From Marsupella aquatica (lineage: Eukaryota; Plantae; Marchantiophyta): a stretch of 64,000 nucleotides of DNA. Under the pieces are notes generated by a model. The model was given only the letters and a program-made list of their open reading frames with translations, ran no database searches and had not been told where the DNA came from. Positions 48,901-61,981 of the stretch are shown here, one piece after another. Both the position numbers and the translations under genes were made by a program. The stretch's first letter is position 1; each line of letters begins with the position of its first letter. The stretch is from assembly GCA_973895155.1 (NCBI GenBank), contig OZ316895.1:9660184-9724183 (forward strand). Direction: 5' to 3'.

Positions 48901-49966
48901 GGTGGTGGGGGTTGGCTAGGCTGAGGCCGAGACTGAGACTGAGACTGAAGTTGAGCCTGAGCCTGAGCCTAAGTCTGAGTCTACGTTGGTGCGGGTACGG
49001 GTACGGGTATGGGGTCCACTGGGCTGGCGCCGGCGGTTGCAGGTCTAGTTCCCATGAAGCTCTGTAGGTGCTGGTAGAAGTTCTCCGAAGCAAGTGCGGA
49101 TGACCTTGTTGAACGGGTAGTGCTGGACTCGCTGTTGATGATAGCCCAAACCTGAGCAGGGATGTGGTCGAAGTGATGTCGTTGCAAGTCGATCGTACCC
49201 GGGATATTGAAGACCTCATCCGGAAGCCGAAGCAATGCTTCCCAGAAACCGATATATTTGTCTCCGTTGAAGAAGTACCCCGATACCTCTGTTGGTCGGT
49301 AAAGCTCGCTCTGAGATGGGTAGTCAAAGTTAAGGATGTAGTGGTGTCGTCCTGCTAGGCAGATGGCTCTCTCGTACTCGCGTTCGATTTTGTATCGGCG
49401 CGGGTTGGCGTGTTTCAATGAGTCGGCCAAGTGTCTTCCGGTAGATAGGAACTGCGTCCAGAATTGAATGGCCGAACTGGAGAGGATCGTGTGCGACATT
49501 CAGAGGAGATAGTAGTGGCGACTAAGAGAGAATGAGAGAGCTGGGGTCGAAGCTGGCGCGTGGACTGATGGACTGGTGCACTACAAAGGGTCGGCTCCCT
49601 TTTTATACCTTGAGGGCTTGTCGATCCCCCGACATCTCCTTGTTGCCTATAGGCTGAACCGTTCACGCTTTGTAGTGTATCGGCCACTCCGCCGGTCTGA
49701 GTCACCGCGTGTCAGTGGATGCCTCCCAAAGTTCGTTATACGGACCCGAGGGAGGGGCCCCCTCACGCTCGTAACTCGGGCATGCGAATGGCGACGCGCC
49801 GCCAGCCCGAACATGAATTCCCTTATTGACTAATGATTTCCTACTCATAATGGCTACCTAAATATTGTCGTTATGCTAATCATAGCGGCCTAAGATACCC
49901 CTAACGCATGTGCTAAGCACGGTTTAGACCGAATTACTCATTACTCGCCGTACCGGTGGTGTCACA
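45941..49966 (-). repeat. 5' LTR (4026 bp)
   Basis: Direct repeat of 31213-35188. The length difference is fully explained by indels of +52, -14, +6 and +6 bp. Confidence 0.95.
46838..49499 (-). pseudogene. LTR-encoded ~891-aa accessory protein, 5' LTR copy (stops plus a 14-bp deletion at ~47916)
   Basis: MSHTILSS... start at 49499. Its lesions differ from those in the 3' LTR copy. Confidence 0.8.
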
Positions 49967-50345
49967 GGGAACCCAGACTTCAAAGGTTTGGTATGAGCTG
50001 TGGAAACCTTGGCAACAGTTGCCACGCAACCATTCACAATAGCAGAAGCAATTTTTGCCCACTGGGTGTCTACAACATGGTTGTCAACAAAAATCATCCA
50101 TTTTCCAGATAGGACATTATTGGCAATAGCTAAACTTTCAATATGAGAGTTCTGTAGCCTTTTGTGGGAGTACAGACACAATGATTCCCAAGCCATAGCT
50201 AACCCATTTGTATTGACAAGGCAGTCTGATTCCTTGTTAATTTGACTGAAGGGTGCTAACAGTAAGCCATTTAATGTAGCTCAAGGGAATGGATGTTGGC
50301 TTCCATTCATGAAGGAATTCATCAATTGATTGAAGGTTGCTATCA
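49967..50345 (-). pseudogene. DUF1917 / UPF0696-like protein, N-terminal half
   Basis: IDEFLHEWKPTSI...WLTV; LSGKWMIFVDNHVVDTQWAKIASAIVNG...AKVST, which are family-typical motifs. Confidence 0.75.
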
Positions 50346-52620
50346 AAGCATATTACATGAGACGACTGCCCAACATCCATGACTGTGAGCAATGGAAATT
50401 ATTGACCCCTGCAAGCACATACCTGAAAATTAATACTAGTCCATTAAGACCAAGAATATTTGCAGTCGACACTTCCTACCGCAGGAAACAATTTGAGAAG
50501 GACTGGTTTTATAGACAATTACCTGAGGACTGCAATGCACTTCCCGTAGGTGAGAGAGAGACCTGAATGTAATCCAATGTCCAATGAAAAATGATGCAAA
50601 ACCCTCACGTCATGGCTGATTCATACCCCCTAAATCCTCAGTCTCTTTCAGCTGTGCCGAGGACAAACCATCGACATTCAATCAAGCTGCGGAGGACAAA
50701 CCAGAGAGATTCAATGAAGCAATCAATTAATGTAAAACGTCCTTATTGTACACAAAAATGCATTTGGGAGTTTGCGAATGAGACTGCGACATCAGAAAAG
50801 GCTGCAACATACAAATGTCATGGGGCTCCACTTATTTCACACCTTCAATGTTGAAGTAACTTGCAACTTGCTTCGAGGACAAGACTTGATCGGTGGCCAC
50901 ATCGAGCATGGGGATCGATGGAGTCCACTAGACCCGAGCGCTGCTGAAAATCAAAACGCAATGCAGCAGATAAACCGGACCAGCCTTCGCGTGGAGGATA
51001 GGAAGCAAGAAAAAGCTCAGAATGAAATGGACGTGACTTACAGCAGCTACCGGAGGGCAGTAATCAAAGGGCAAACAAAGCAGCATGATCCCCCTGCAAA
51101 GCTATATATCGTTGCTATGCTGCACTCCCTTGGGGAAGTGATCCCCCTGAAAAGCTATGTCCCCTGCACTGCGCTCCCCTTCACGACTCCCTTCCCTCCG
51201 TAGCTAAACTCAATGCGTTGCGCTGCAACCCCCTTCCAAAGGTATCCTTGCTACGCTGCGCAACAATCCCATTGGCAAAGTGATCCCGTGGTGAAGCAAT
51301 CCTCCGACAAAATGTTTTTTGCTGCGACCATCAGCTGCTTGATTGCCCACAAACAGTGCCTGCATCGATTGCCCACAAACAGCTTATTCTCTGCCCAAAT
51401 CGACTGCTAATGATCATGAACAAAGTGAATCGATTGGCCTGATTGTGGACAGATGCATGAAATCATAGCGCAAAGGGTAATGAAGTTTGACATTGAAAAA
51501 CCCTACCAGGTATGTTGCGCAGCGTACAGCAATGAAGGTTGCCGTGAGCCAGTTGCTGCAAGAAGGAAAATAGTCATGATGGACAGAGAAACCGGAACTA
51601 TCAACGGAAAACCTTCTGGTCCCCGTCACATGGCTCCTTACAGGTCACTTTTGCCTACAAATGAATAGTGTGTTATGTGAGCGAAATCCCAAGTTCACGT
51701 TGTGTCCATGCAGATTGTGTGTGTCCATCCGGGTGTTTTAGAAAAGGTGAGTGTCCATGGGGGCTTTAAGTTCTTAATGTTTTGTTTTATTCAGATTATT
51801 CAAATTTTGTTTTCAGTGTTTTAATTTTAATGTGCCTTAACTAGGTGAATCATTTGTATTAATTTGCTTTTGAATTAACTTTTGGACCTCTCACAAATGT
51901 TTAGTAAGATTTCCTGTTCAATAAGTCCTTAGTGAATTATCATTTTTCTCACAAGAGTAAGAGAACTGAGTGTGAACAATGTGCACATCAGGTGTACTAA
52001 GTTTCCCTCTTGGTTTTTTTACAAAATTTATGGTTTAATTGAGTTAATTGTCATTACCTAGAAGCAAGTGAAAATCTGTACTGTATGTGCACAACTCTTT
52101 AATACCTTTGTACTTGTTTGGTCATAATGTGTTTTTCTTTGCATGTGTACCATGTCACTCACTCTTAACTAAGTGAGTTTTTGGCATATACTTTACATGT
52201 ACCTACTTTTTTTATCATAAAATAATCAAATGAATTACATATCACTAAAAGACAAAAAATAAGGCATGTTCTAGAATGAACATGCTATATATATGGTGAC
52301 TTATTGGAAGCCTCCCTGGCTGTTGGAGAATGGTGACTAATTAAGTGGCTGCGTCCATGGATGTTGGACTATGGTCTGGGTAGCTGCACATCAGAGTGAC
52401 ATATACACATCTCTCCATATACCTTGATAAAACTCATTATTATTTTTTAATCAATAATCTCATTATTTTTCTTTTAATCAATAATCTCATTATTATTATT
52501 TAAATCAGTGAGTGCACACCATATATTATCACATTTTGACATGTCATTCCAGGTAGGGTTTAACATTGGCCTAAGTGGCACCTTTATGCACACCCAACGG
52601 TCATTGTCCTTGCACTTGGC

Positions 52621-52856
52621 ATACTCCTTGAAATCCAATTGCCAGACAAACTCTCGATTCCTCACCATACTCCTTGAAATCCAATTGCCAGACAAACTCT
52701 CGATTCCTCACCATACTCCTTGAAATCCAATTGCCAGACAAACTCTCGATTCCTCACCATACTCCTTGAAATCCAATTGCCAGACAAACTCTCAATTCCT
52801 CACCATACTCCTTGAAATCCAAGTCTATTCCTCACCATACTTCTTGAAATCCAAGT
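52621..52856 (+). repeat. 46-bp tandem repeat, 4 full copies plus degenerate ones
   Basis: ATACTCCTTGAAATCCAATTGCCAGACAAACTCTCGATTCCTCACC at 52621, 52667, 52713 and 52759. Confidence 0.92.
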
Positions 52857-54669
52857 GCAAGAGCAACTTGTCAACTCCCTGCAAGATCCAACTGTCAGGC
52901 AGAGAGATGGCAGTTGGACCAACTTGTACCCTTTGTCCAAGTTTTTTGCAGTGGACATAAGGAGTCCATGTGACTATCACTTCATCCAACGGTAGTGTAA
53001 AGTAGAAAATCTAGAGACAAGGGAAATCCATTCTTGTGACCAAAGCTCTCTTTTGAGTGGTATGGAGTAGAAAATATAGAGACTAGAGATTAGAGGTAAA
53101 GAGATATTTAGTTGTGGACCTGGTGATAATATTGTGGGAAATTATCCAAGTTGTGGGTAGCCAAATTTACCAAGGTGCCCTTCACAATTTACAAACTTAT
53201 TCCCCTGCAAAAAAACACAGAAAACCAGGCAAAAACAAGTCTACAAAAACTAAAAGCTTTAAACATTCCAAAATACCCCCGCCTATTTGTCTACTAAGCA
53301 ACTGTTCCTTATGCCACCACCCTGACTGTTTACGATGGGCTCAACCAAACAATTAGAAGTGTACTTCTATAAAGTTTAAACTTGAAGGGCATTATGGTAC
53401 TTTACAGCATTTTTAGGGGTCATTTTGTAATTTTGCCTAAATTTATTGATTTCTTGATCTTATTACTTTTCATGAAAGTTGGGAAGGAGGTTTTTTGGGT
53501 TTACATTAAAAGTCTACATTAAGTGGCTGAAATCAGACGATTTGAACAGCATTCCAATTCAAGTTCAGGGTGAGTTACACATAAATTAGTGGTGTATATA
53601 TAGTAAAATACCTGGGCATTGAACAAAAAAGGTTGAGTTGAGGCAAGGAAGCTTAGTCAAGGCTAAGGTCAAGGCAAGGAAGTGTTCATTGTCAGGGGTG
53701 TTGTTGAACCCCTAAGTAAACTGAACCCTTTTGACACAGCTTTGGAGGTTTATGTATCTCAATAGCACAGAAACAGAACAATAAAAACCCAGAATTTGAT
53801 ACTACCATTGGCTTCCAGTGTTATTTTCTTAAAATGTAATCTCATCTAATGGGAAACAAACTGGCTGCCTCTCGTGTACCCTAACCCCGCAGTCCTCAAC
53901 CATCCCAAGCCGTTGAATGATTATCTGGATCCAGCACTTTCTTGTGCATCTTCAATGGTTTCCAGATCTTGTTTCACCGCCTGCTTTGGAGAGATCTAAT
54001 GGTTCAGAAAAAATACACCCTTCATCCAACCGCCCAAGCTGCTTCGTACCTCAATGTCATTTTGTAAATAGACATGGAAGAAAAGAGCCAGAAAGCATAT
54101 TACGCTATAACACAGGGATTGAGCGAGAGCCACTAGATGGACGGTACAGTAGGAGGGACATGGCTGTGCGCTACTCATCGTCGGATCGCAGAAGTCTCTA
54201 GGCACTGTGGTACCCCCGAATCATCCCACGAGCGGTACAACCTGTTGAGCCGCGACCAAATAAACCATAAGGTGGGCGTTCGAAGGATGTGCACAATGGC
54301 ACCGATTGTATAAATCTCTTCGACGTTGACGCAGAATCATACTTACCTGGGCGGGATCTAACCCTGATCCTGAAGGGGGTTGGTCTAGAACGAGTCTGCT
54401 CATTGCACCACGACCGGATGAGTTCTAGCATTTCCCTAAGGGGAAAATGCACGTCATAATTTGTGATAGAGGGGGCTCGCGTCCGCGCGGCCCCCACCAT
54501 GAAAACCTAAGAAGCAAATTGTGCACCGTTACGTCATTAAGGTAAAACTTGAAGGTGGTTCACAGTTTGAAGTTAGGCGTCTTACAAATGTAGTCCGAGC
54601 GAGGAGAATTGCTATCCGGTGATTTACATCTAAATAATATCCTCGATTGAAATGAATTTCAGAGCCGGA

Positions 54670-55160
54670 ATATATCTTAGACATGAATTGAAAAGAACCT
54701 CAAAATCTCTAGTCTCGTCCTACTCCGAGGAAGAGGAATTTGAATCGGATGATTAAAACTAAACAAGAACTTGGATTGAAGGGAACTCCAGACCCCGACC
54801 TATGTCTTGGACACAAATTGAAAGAAACTTGAAAATCTGTAGTCTTGTTGTATTCCGGGCAAGAAGAATCTGACTCGGAGGACTAAACCTAAAGAAGACC
54901 TCGATCGAAGGAAACGTCAGAGATGAACAGTCTTAGGAAGAAATTGAAAAAAACTGGAGAGATCAATGGTCTCATTATATTCCGAACAAGAAGAATGTGA
55001 ATTGGTGTATTCGTCTCAGATATGCTGAGCAAGAACTATCTAAATCGGAGGATTAAAACTAAACAAGATCTCAGTCGAAGGAAACTTCAGCGATGAACAA
55101 TGTCTTAGACAGAAATTGAAAAAAGCTGGAGAGATCAGTACTCATCATATTACGAGCAAG
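54670..55160 (+). repeat. Degenerate ~127-bp tandem repeat (~3.5 copies)
   Basis: Recurrent GTCTTAGAC..AAATTGAAA... and CGGAGGATTAAAACTAAACAAGA..GAAGGAAAC motifs. Confidence 0.7.
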
Positions 55161-56813
55161 ATTTCCATTCCATCCTCAATTCCATGTGCTTCTTTGGTGG
55201 ACAGCTTGAGACAGTCGTACACAGGCAAGTTCCATAACACCACCACTGTCCATTTTGACAATGCATTGTGAGCAGAGTTATGCCGTTACATCGTGCTCAG
55301 GCTCAAGCGATCCATCAGGTACTAGTGCACTTAAGCGGGGGCACTAGTGTACCTTGACATGAGAATTTCACTATGTGAACCTTGCAATTGGCATCCAGTT
55401 TGGTGGGATGGGTGGGACTTACGGAGTAATGTTCCAGCTCACCGAATAAATTCTTCCCTTGTGCACCCTCGTGACCCAATCATGGTCGGTCTCTCCCATC
55501 CTCCCACAACTTATTAAGCAGCCAGCTTCCCCAAAGCCATTAGAAACAATTTTGACCAAAAATGGTTACCCAGATACACCAGGTTGTGCTTCAGGTGTAG
55601 TGGTGGTTAAGGGTGATCAATGCGAACATTGTGCATACACATTCGCCTGTTAACAAAAGGCAGTATCATGAGTTGGGCGCATCATCAGCTTAAGCTGCAA
55701 CCAGTATGCATATTCAATCTATCACTATTTGTACTCAATTAGCCATTAGAAAACCACCAATAGCCCTTAACATTCAACTAGGAACTCGGTCCGCTCCTTA
55801 TTAAGACTATAAAGGGGATCCACATTTGGTCTCCCAGCGCACATACAGTCCTCTTTATATGTCACTTGCCCAAATGCCCACCTAAAGAAAGGAAATCCAC
55901 ATTTGGATTTCCAATGTCCATATTGTCACTCCCCTTTATATGTTACTAGCCCAAATGCACATGCATTGCACAATGTCGTCAATAGTAAGTGTCAAAAGTA
56001 AGTGATATTGATGACGGGTCCCCCTTACATGTCACTAGCCCAAATGCCCCTGCTTTGTACAATATTGTTGGTCTCACTAGCAAGTAATGGTGGGAAGGGT
56101 CCCGCTCACGAGTCACTAGTCCAAATGCCCCTTTGTGGCCTAATATTGTCAATGGTGAGTGATGTTGGGCGAAAATGAGATGGCCAGGTAATTGAGCATC
56201 AAGGGGGAAGGGATCACCAAGCAGGGAGTGCACTATACCAGGGCTGCCACAAATCCAAAGTACCGTGTTCTTGGTGTTAATGCCATTGTGGTAGGGGTTT
56301 CGAATTTGAAATTGCGACTATCGGGGTGCATTTTTCAGGTTACAACTGAGAGAGTTTGAATCTATGGCAAAGAAACGATTTCGTCTAAACACCATGGCAA
56401 GGCAACAAATCTCATCATTGAGGATTGCTTTGCTTCTGAAATAGTTGCCTGGAGACAATCATCAATGGGATCTGACGTTAAACCCCCAAAAATGCAAGGT
56501 TTTGCAAGAATAGCTTCGTCAACTTCTAGAAACTCCCCTGCGCAAGTAGTGACAACTGCGGAAACACTATCCTTTCACTACAATGTCCACGTTTTGAGCC
56601 TGTGTCAACCCAATTTCTCAGCCTCGTGTCTACATTTCAGTTGGGTTGCTCACACTCAGACCACATCCCAATCCTGATATGTGGCAAGGCAACTTACTCT
56701 ACCACTGAGCCGCGGGCCATTGCTAGAGGGTGTTATAATGCTGTAAACCGTCATGAGTCCAATTAGTATACCAGCGCAATGGTTTCCTATGTGACGGAAA
56801 GGGTATACAGATC

Positions 56814-58140
56814 TCATTTTCTCCTTCTCTGTCCCTTGTAAACATCCTTGGCCCTCTTTTTGCCTGAAGCTGCTGATCTGCCACCACCTTCCTTGAATGG
56901 CATGCCCAACAAAGCCAGAAGCTTTTGGCCTTCCGTGTCATTTCTTGCTGTACTGATGATATTAACGTCCATACCACGCTCTTTGTCGATGTTCTCGAAA
57001 CGAATCTCAGGAAACACACTCTGCTCTGGCAATCCGAGGGTGTAGTTTCCCTTTCCGTCAAAACTATACTGATTCACACCCTGGAAATCTCGAGTTCGAG
57101 GAAGTGCTAGATTCACCAACCGATCCAGGAACGAGTACATGACCTAAAAGACCAAAGAAAACCTTGTGTAAGTCAGACATGAGTTTTCACAGACCGAGGA
57201 ATGATCGGAATTGTACTCACAAAATTCAAGGAGTGAAGCATTTTGAACAAAAATCTCAAATGAAGGTAAAATGAAGATAAGTAATGCAAAGAATGTGTTT
57301 GCAACCTCAGAATCCACAGAAGTCTTCCTCAAGGCCTTCGTCAGGATCAAAATTGAGCACTGACCTAGACATTAATATGTCACTTTAAAACCATCAGAAA
57401 GAAAGACCAGGCATGCAGCTCAGTTGATATACCTCTCCGCGAAGGGTAATGGTGACACCGACAGGAACACCCGCCCGAAGCTTGAATCCTGCAATAGCCT
57501 TCTTCGCTCTCGTTGTGATTGGTTTCTGGCCCGTGACCAGCATCAAATCCCGCACTGTCGACTCCAAAGCTTTTGCATTTTGAGCTGCCGCCCCGACACC
57601 ACAGTTGACGACAATCTTCTTAACGTATGGGACCTGTCGCACCTCGCCAAAATTAGCTGAGCAGAAGGCCCTCAAAATCCCAGACCCCTAATCTGATACC
57701 TTCCTCGGCATTCAAGCTCGACAGACAGTCCGACATGAAAGGATAAGGGAGAGAGAATTTATGAACCTCGCATCTTAACTGACATAGCCAATTCCAGCTC
57801 GCTGCGTATTTACCTCCATGTCATTCTCGTACTTGTATTCCTCCTTCAATGCGGGCACCACCTTCTCGAGGTAGATCTTCTTGAGCCTGGGCAGGGGCCT
57901 CCTTTGGGACTCAGTGTCCGCCTCTGCTGTGGCAACAGCTCGAATGCCAATGCCGCCCCGTCTGCTCGAGACCACCGCAATTCTCCTTGACGCGACCACG
58001 TCCATGGTTCCGCCGAGGAACCCATTCTGCTGCCTCGACGAGACGTTTCTACTGCTGCTGCCGATGAGAGCCAGAGCTGCGCTGGTCGAGGTGGAACACA
58101 GCAGCGACGACAACGCTGCTGCTCCTGCTGCTGCTGCCAT
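56814..58140 (-). CDS. RPL5: Nuclear-encoded plastid 50S ribosomal protein L5 (uL5c); exons 58140-57814, 57633-57433 and 57143-56814; 285 aa
   Basis: Ser/Ala-rich transit peptide; [65 protein letters not shown]. Two phase-0 GT-AG introns. Confidence 0.96.
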
Positions 58141-58932
58141 AGTTCCAAGCTTTTCTTCGTTCTATCCGAATGGCTTCGATTTTGGTGTTCGAAATGCGTT
58201 TGTCTGCCTTGAATCCGAACACGACCAACAGAGACCAAAGACCAACCGAGGATAACCAATTGGCTGGGGATTAGCCTAAGTACCGAGAGGTCCGTTAATT
58301 GTGTACAAATGAAAGATAAGTATTTGAATTGATTAAAATATTTAGACTCTTAAACAGCAAAGTTTTCAAAATTTTCGTGAGGTTTAAATCCAGGAAGTGG
58401 AGGTCTAAGGCTACAGCAGGCCTGCCGACAGGCCACTGGATGCTATGGTAAGCCATAAATGTTAAGACCCTCCCTTAGTATATGCTAGTATGTCTCCCGC
58501 CCTGAAAGGACTTAACTAGGCCCTCTAGCATTTTATGAGGTATTCTATAATGTGAGCAAACAGGAATTTTGTTAGTGAGGGGAGTGTTATTAGCTAGACA
58601 CTTGTGCTTTTGAATTTCTTTTGATTTTTGCTGCCTTTTATATATTTTGTGTGTTCTTTATGAATCCATATGGCTAGCAAGATCTAGCAAAAAGAGGAGT
58701 CCCCAAAATGAATGCTATCAACCAGGCTACTGTTAGCAAGGCAGTTGGATATAAAAAAATTAGGGGTCATCCTGTTTCCTCGCACACTACAATGACCCGC
58801 ATTTTATTGACTTAATGGAACACAAAGATGAATTCAGTACTTGACCTGATCCTTTGGACAGTAGGACATCAAAAGTCCAAAAAAAATGCATTAAGCTAGT
58901 CACAGATGAGATTGGGTCCACCTCCACTACAC

Positions 58933-59470
58933 GGGGTGCCACAAATACATCAAAATGTTAGTTTTTAATTAACTCTAATATTTTATTGCATGATGAAATG
59001 AATTCTATTTGAGCCTAAATTTGTTTTGTGTCCTCTCTTAAGTTCAAGCTACCTACAAAAAAGTTGGGACTTTTTTAACATCTACTAACACTCAATTTTT
59101 TATATACTCAAAAAATCTACATTTCATAAGTCATTTGTTTTGCTGAAGCATAATACTTTTAGGCTTCAGAATCTGTTAACTTATTCAAAGAAGGTACCTA
59201 GCTTAGTTTTGGTTCTAACTTGCTCTAGGTACCTACAGAAAAGTGCACAGTTATAAATTGCAGTTTGTAAAATAGTGATGTTTGAGTATATAGGATTGAG
59301 TGTTGGAAGTGTCCAAAAAGTCTCAACATTTTCTGGCCAGTTTCCAGTAGGTAACTTGAATGTTGGAGATCACACCAAACAATTCTTGGTTCAAACAGAA
59401 TTCATTGGATCATCCAATAAAATATTAAGGTTCACCAAAAATTGATATTTTAGTAGGTCTCGGGCGCCCA
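58933..59470. mobile_element. Foldback/MITE-like element with long imperfect inverted arms (~190 bp)
   Basis: GGGGTGCC...AATATTTTATTG.ATGAT.AAATGAATTCT...TATATACTCAAA is mirrored by TTTGAGTATATA...AGAATTCATT..ATCATCCAATAAAATATT...GGCGCCCC. Confidence 0.7.
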
Positions 59471-61981
59471 AGTTAAGTATGGCGTCCTGTGTAGCGGGAG
59501 GATGACTGGACAATGACTGGTGTGAACTTCATGCATATTTTGGATTTATGACAAACCAACCCCCGAAAGGGTCTGGTCAGGGGTCTGGTCTGGGGGGTCT
59601 GGTCTAAGTCCCGGATCCATCCTTGTGGTCCATCAAGTCCATAAGATGGATGGACCTGGTGAAGTCTTTGCTTGTAGGGTACATCCCAGATGGGGTTTTT
59701 CTTCTCTCTATCGTTTTTCTTCCCTTTATTTAATTGTGCTGAATAGTTTTCCAAGAGAAGACACAACACATCAATCATGGGGATTCCCCTAGGATGGTGC
59801 TTCTACCTAGGCTGTTATTTGCAGGCAATAATGCTTCTGGCCTAGAGCTCTCTGTGTTTGTCTCTCTTTCTCTCTTTGAATAAATGGTGACCAGGCACCA
59901 CCAGCAACACTTACTTCAATTGAATGACGCATCCCACCGCTAAACTCCACTCCAGCAATAACATCTTTTACATCCCCACATTTATACTATACGTATATAT
60001 ATCACGCATATATACAACAGGTCGTTTTTATTACAACTGAACACACTTGTGTAACAAGTAACTTAAGCTTTCCTCGTGGCGTGTGCTGGTCCATTGAATG
60101 CATCGCACCTTGAATAGGACTGATTTTGGTACATGGGCAGTGCATTGGGCAGTCTATACAGCGTGGCTACCCTTAAAACTTAAAGTCAACACCTCCTTTA
60201 TTAACTAACAGATTCTCCCAGGCTTCTCCCATCTTGCAGCTTCAGTCTTGCACTCACAGTGGTCATATCCATGGCCTACCGTGACAAATATCTCCTTGCA
60301 CATTGATTTAGTCAATCCTGTCCTCTCTGGAGACGTGCCCTGGCTACTCTTTGCCACCACATCTTTGAATTTTCCTTGAATTTTCCTCGAGCTGCATCAG
60401 ATAGTAATCTAAACAACACGAGACGATATACACACTACTCGTCAGCACATGGCCCTTGCACAACTGGTATCCTGATCACTAAGAAATTTTTTATCTTAAC
60501 TTTTTTTGCTTGCCTGGACTTAATATATGTCTACCTGTTACCTTCCGCCTTTGAGGGTATTAGAAAATGTAACTTGAATGTCTGAGATTTACATTTGCAC
60601 ACGGCTTAATTCACCCTAGGGATGCGGCTGAAAAACTACCTTGGGGACGTAATGCAGGGCATGTTACCTGCATTTTAACTCTAGTTGATGGATGTTGTTC
60701 AGTTTGCACCGCATAGAGTAGTCATTCTCAAACTTTCCGGACAGCCTGCAGTTGAGCAGCTATTGTCCGAGAACTTTGCTTAGGCCCGATCGCGATGCTT
60801 AGTTATTGAATTGACTCGTAACGCGTTGTCCAACTAACAGAGGTCTACGTCCAGTACCTGTTTGTTGTATTTTAAATTCTTACAGTTAACCACACTGTCA
60901 CCAGCAGTTCTTGCTTTTGTGGCCTACTAACACTAATGTATCATTTGCATCTACCGGATGCCTTCACAGACTTGAATCACACAATAAGACAAGCTCCTTG
61001 TGCGCCAACATTGTTTTCAATCAACAGCTTCATACACGGGTGTGCACAGTTCGCCATTACCTGTTAGGTAATCAATGTGCAACACTTGTCCCCTACGCGA
61101 GGCACAAACTTTGTCTTCCATCATTCAACAGTGCAGTACCAAAGGAAGCTACAGTTCTGTAGTGTAAGCGTCGACAGTAAACTCTAACTACATTTACCTC
61201 AATAGTCGTGATACAAGGACGAAGCAAGAGCGAAATACATACGTTACAACGAGTGTTTCATCTTCGCCAACTTCAGTATCAATTAGGTACAACGCATGTG
61301 CAGTTCCTTGTAGCCAAGGGTCAACACGAATCAAGGAGAATAGGAGGTGCTCCAGTAGGATCGAAGGCAGTCGGAGGAAGAACCAAACAGAATGAAAAGC
61401 GAGCCAAATAGGCTTTCTCTCATTATAATTTACAAGTCGTGCAACTCTCATTTAGAGAAATCGTCTTTGTGATAGTGCAAAACTAATGCTAGTTCTAATA
61501 TTTAGCCAGGCCATACCTTCAGATCTATTCTATAACCTATAACAGCCACTACAGTCTCTACGACAACAATTTTGCATTTCACCTCATGACAAAAAAACTG
61601 GGCAGTTTTTCTGTTCCGTGAAACGTCTTAGCAACCACTATACTTGGATACTTTCCGAAAGCTAACATATATGTTCCGTTACCCTCAAGTAAGCTGTAAC
61701 AAACTTCTACTGCCCCCATTAGAATCAAATCCACCCTAAAACTCGCCCGCCTTATGCCGAATGGTTAACTTGTTTCTCAACCTCTAGCTAAGTTCACCGT
61801 CTCTGCGTTCTCCTCTTTGTACAAATCCCTTTCCTTTTGAGAATCTATGTACTTTTTCTTGGTCTGAAGGCCCACTTACTTTTGTCCACTCTTTACCGCA
61901 AAGACACCCAGAAGGAGCTTCGTTGGGAATATGTGGTAATCGCAACCCTTGACGTCCCCTTGTCTTTGCAACTTGTCCTCC

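Larger units (their letters stand above)
31213..49966 (-). mobile_element. Complete Ty3/gypsy LTR retrotransposon (18754 bp) with ~4-kb ORF-bearing LTRs and a split pol
   Basis: Two LTRs with TG...CA ends; 5-bp TSD GGGAA (31208-31212 and 49967-49971); PBS- and PPT-like sites; gag-PR-RT-RH then INT order. Confidence 0.96.
28086..51773. mobile_element. Mutator-like element (MULE) with nested insertions
   Basis: TIRs GAACCTAAAGCCCCCATGGACAC... (28086) and ...GTGTCCATGGGGGCTTTAAGTTC (51773); exact 9-bp TSD TTAATGTTT at 28077-28085 and 51774-51782. Confidence 0.9.

Noticed and set aside
52621-52856. 46-bp repeat array as a possible CRISPR
   Set aside because: Units are head-to-tail with no unique spacers, the context is eukaryotic, and there are no cas genes.
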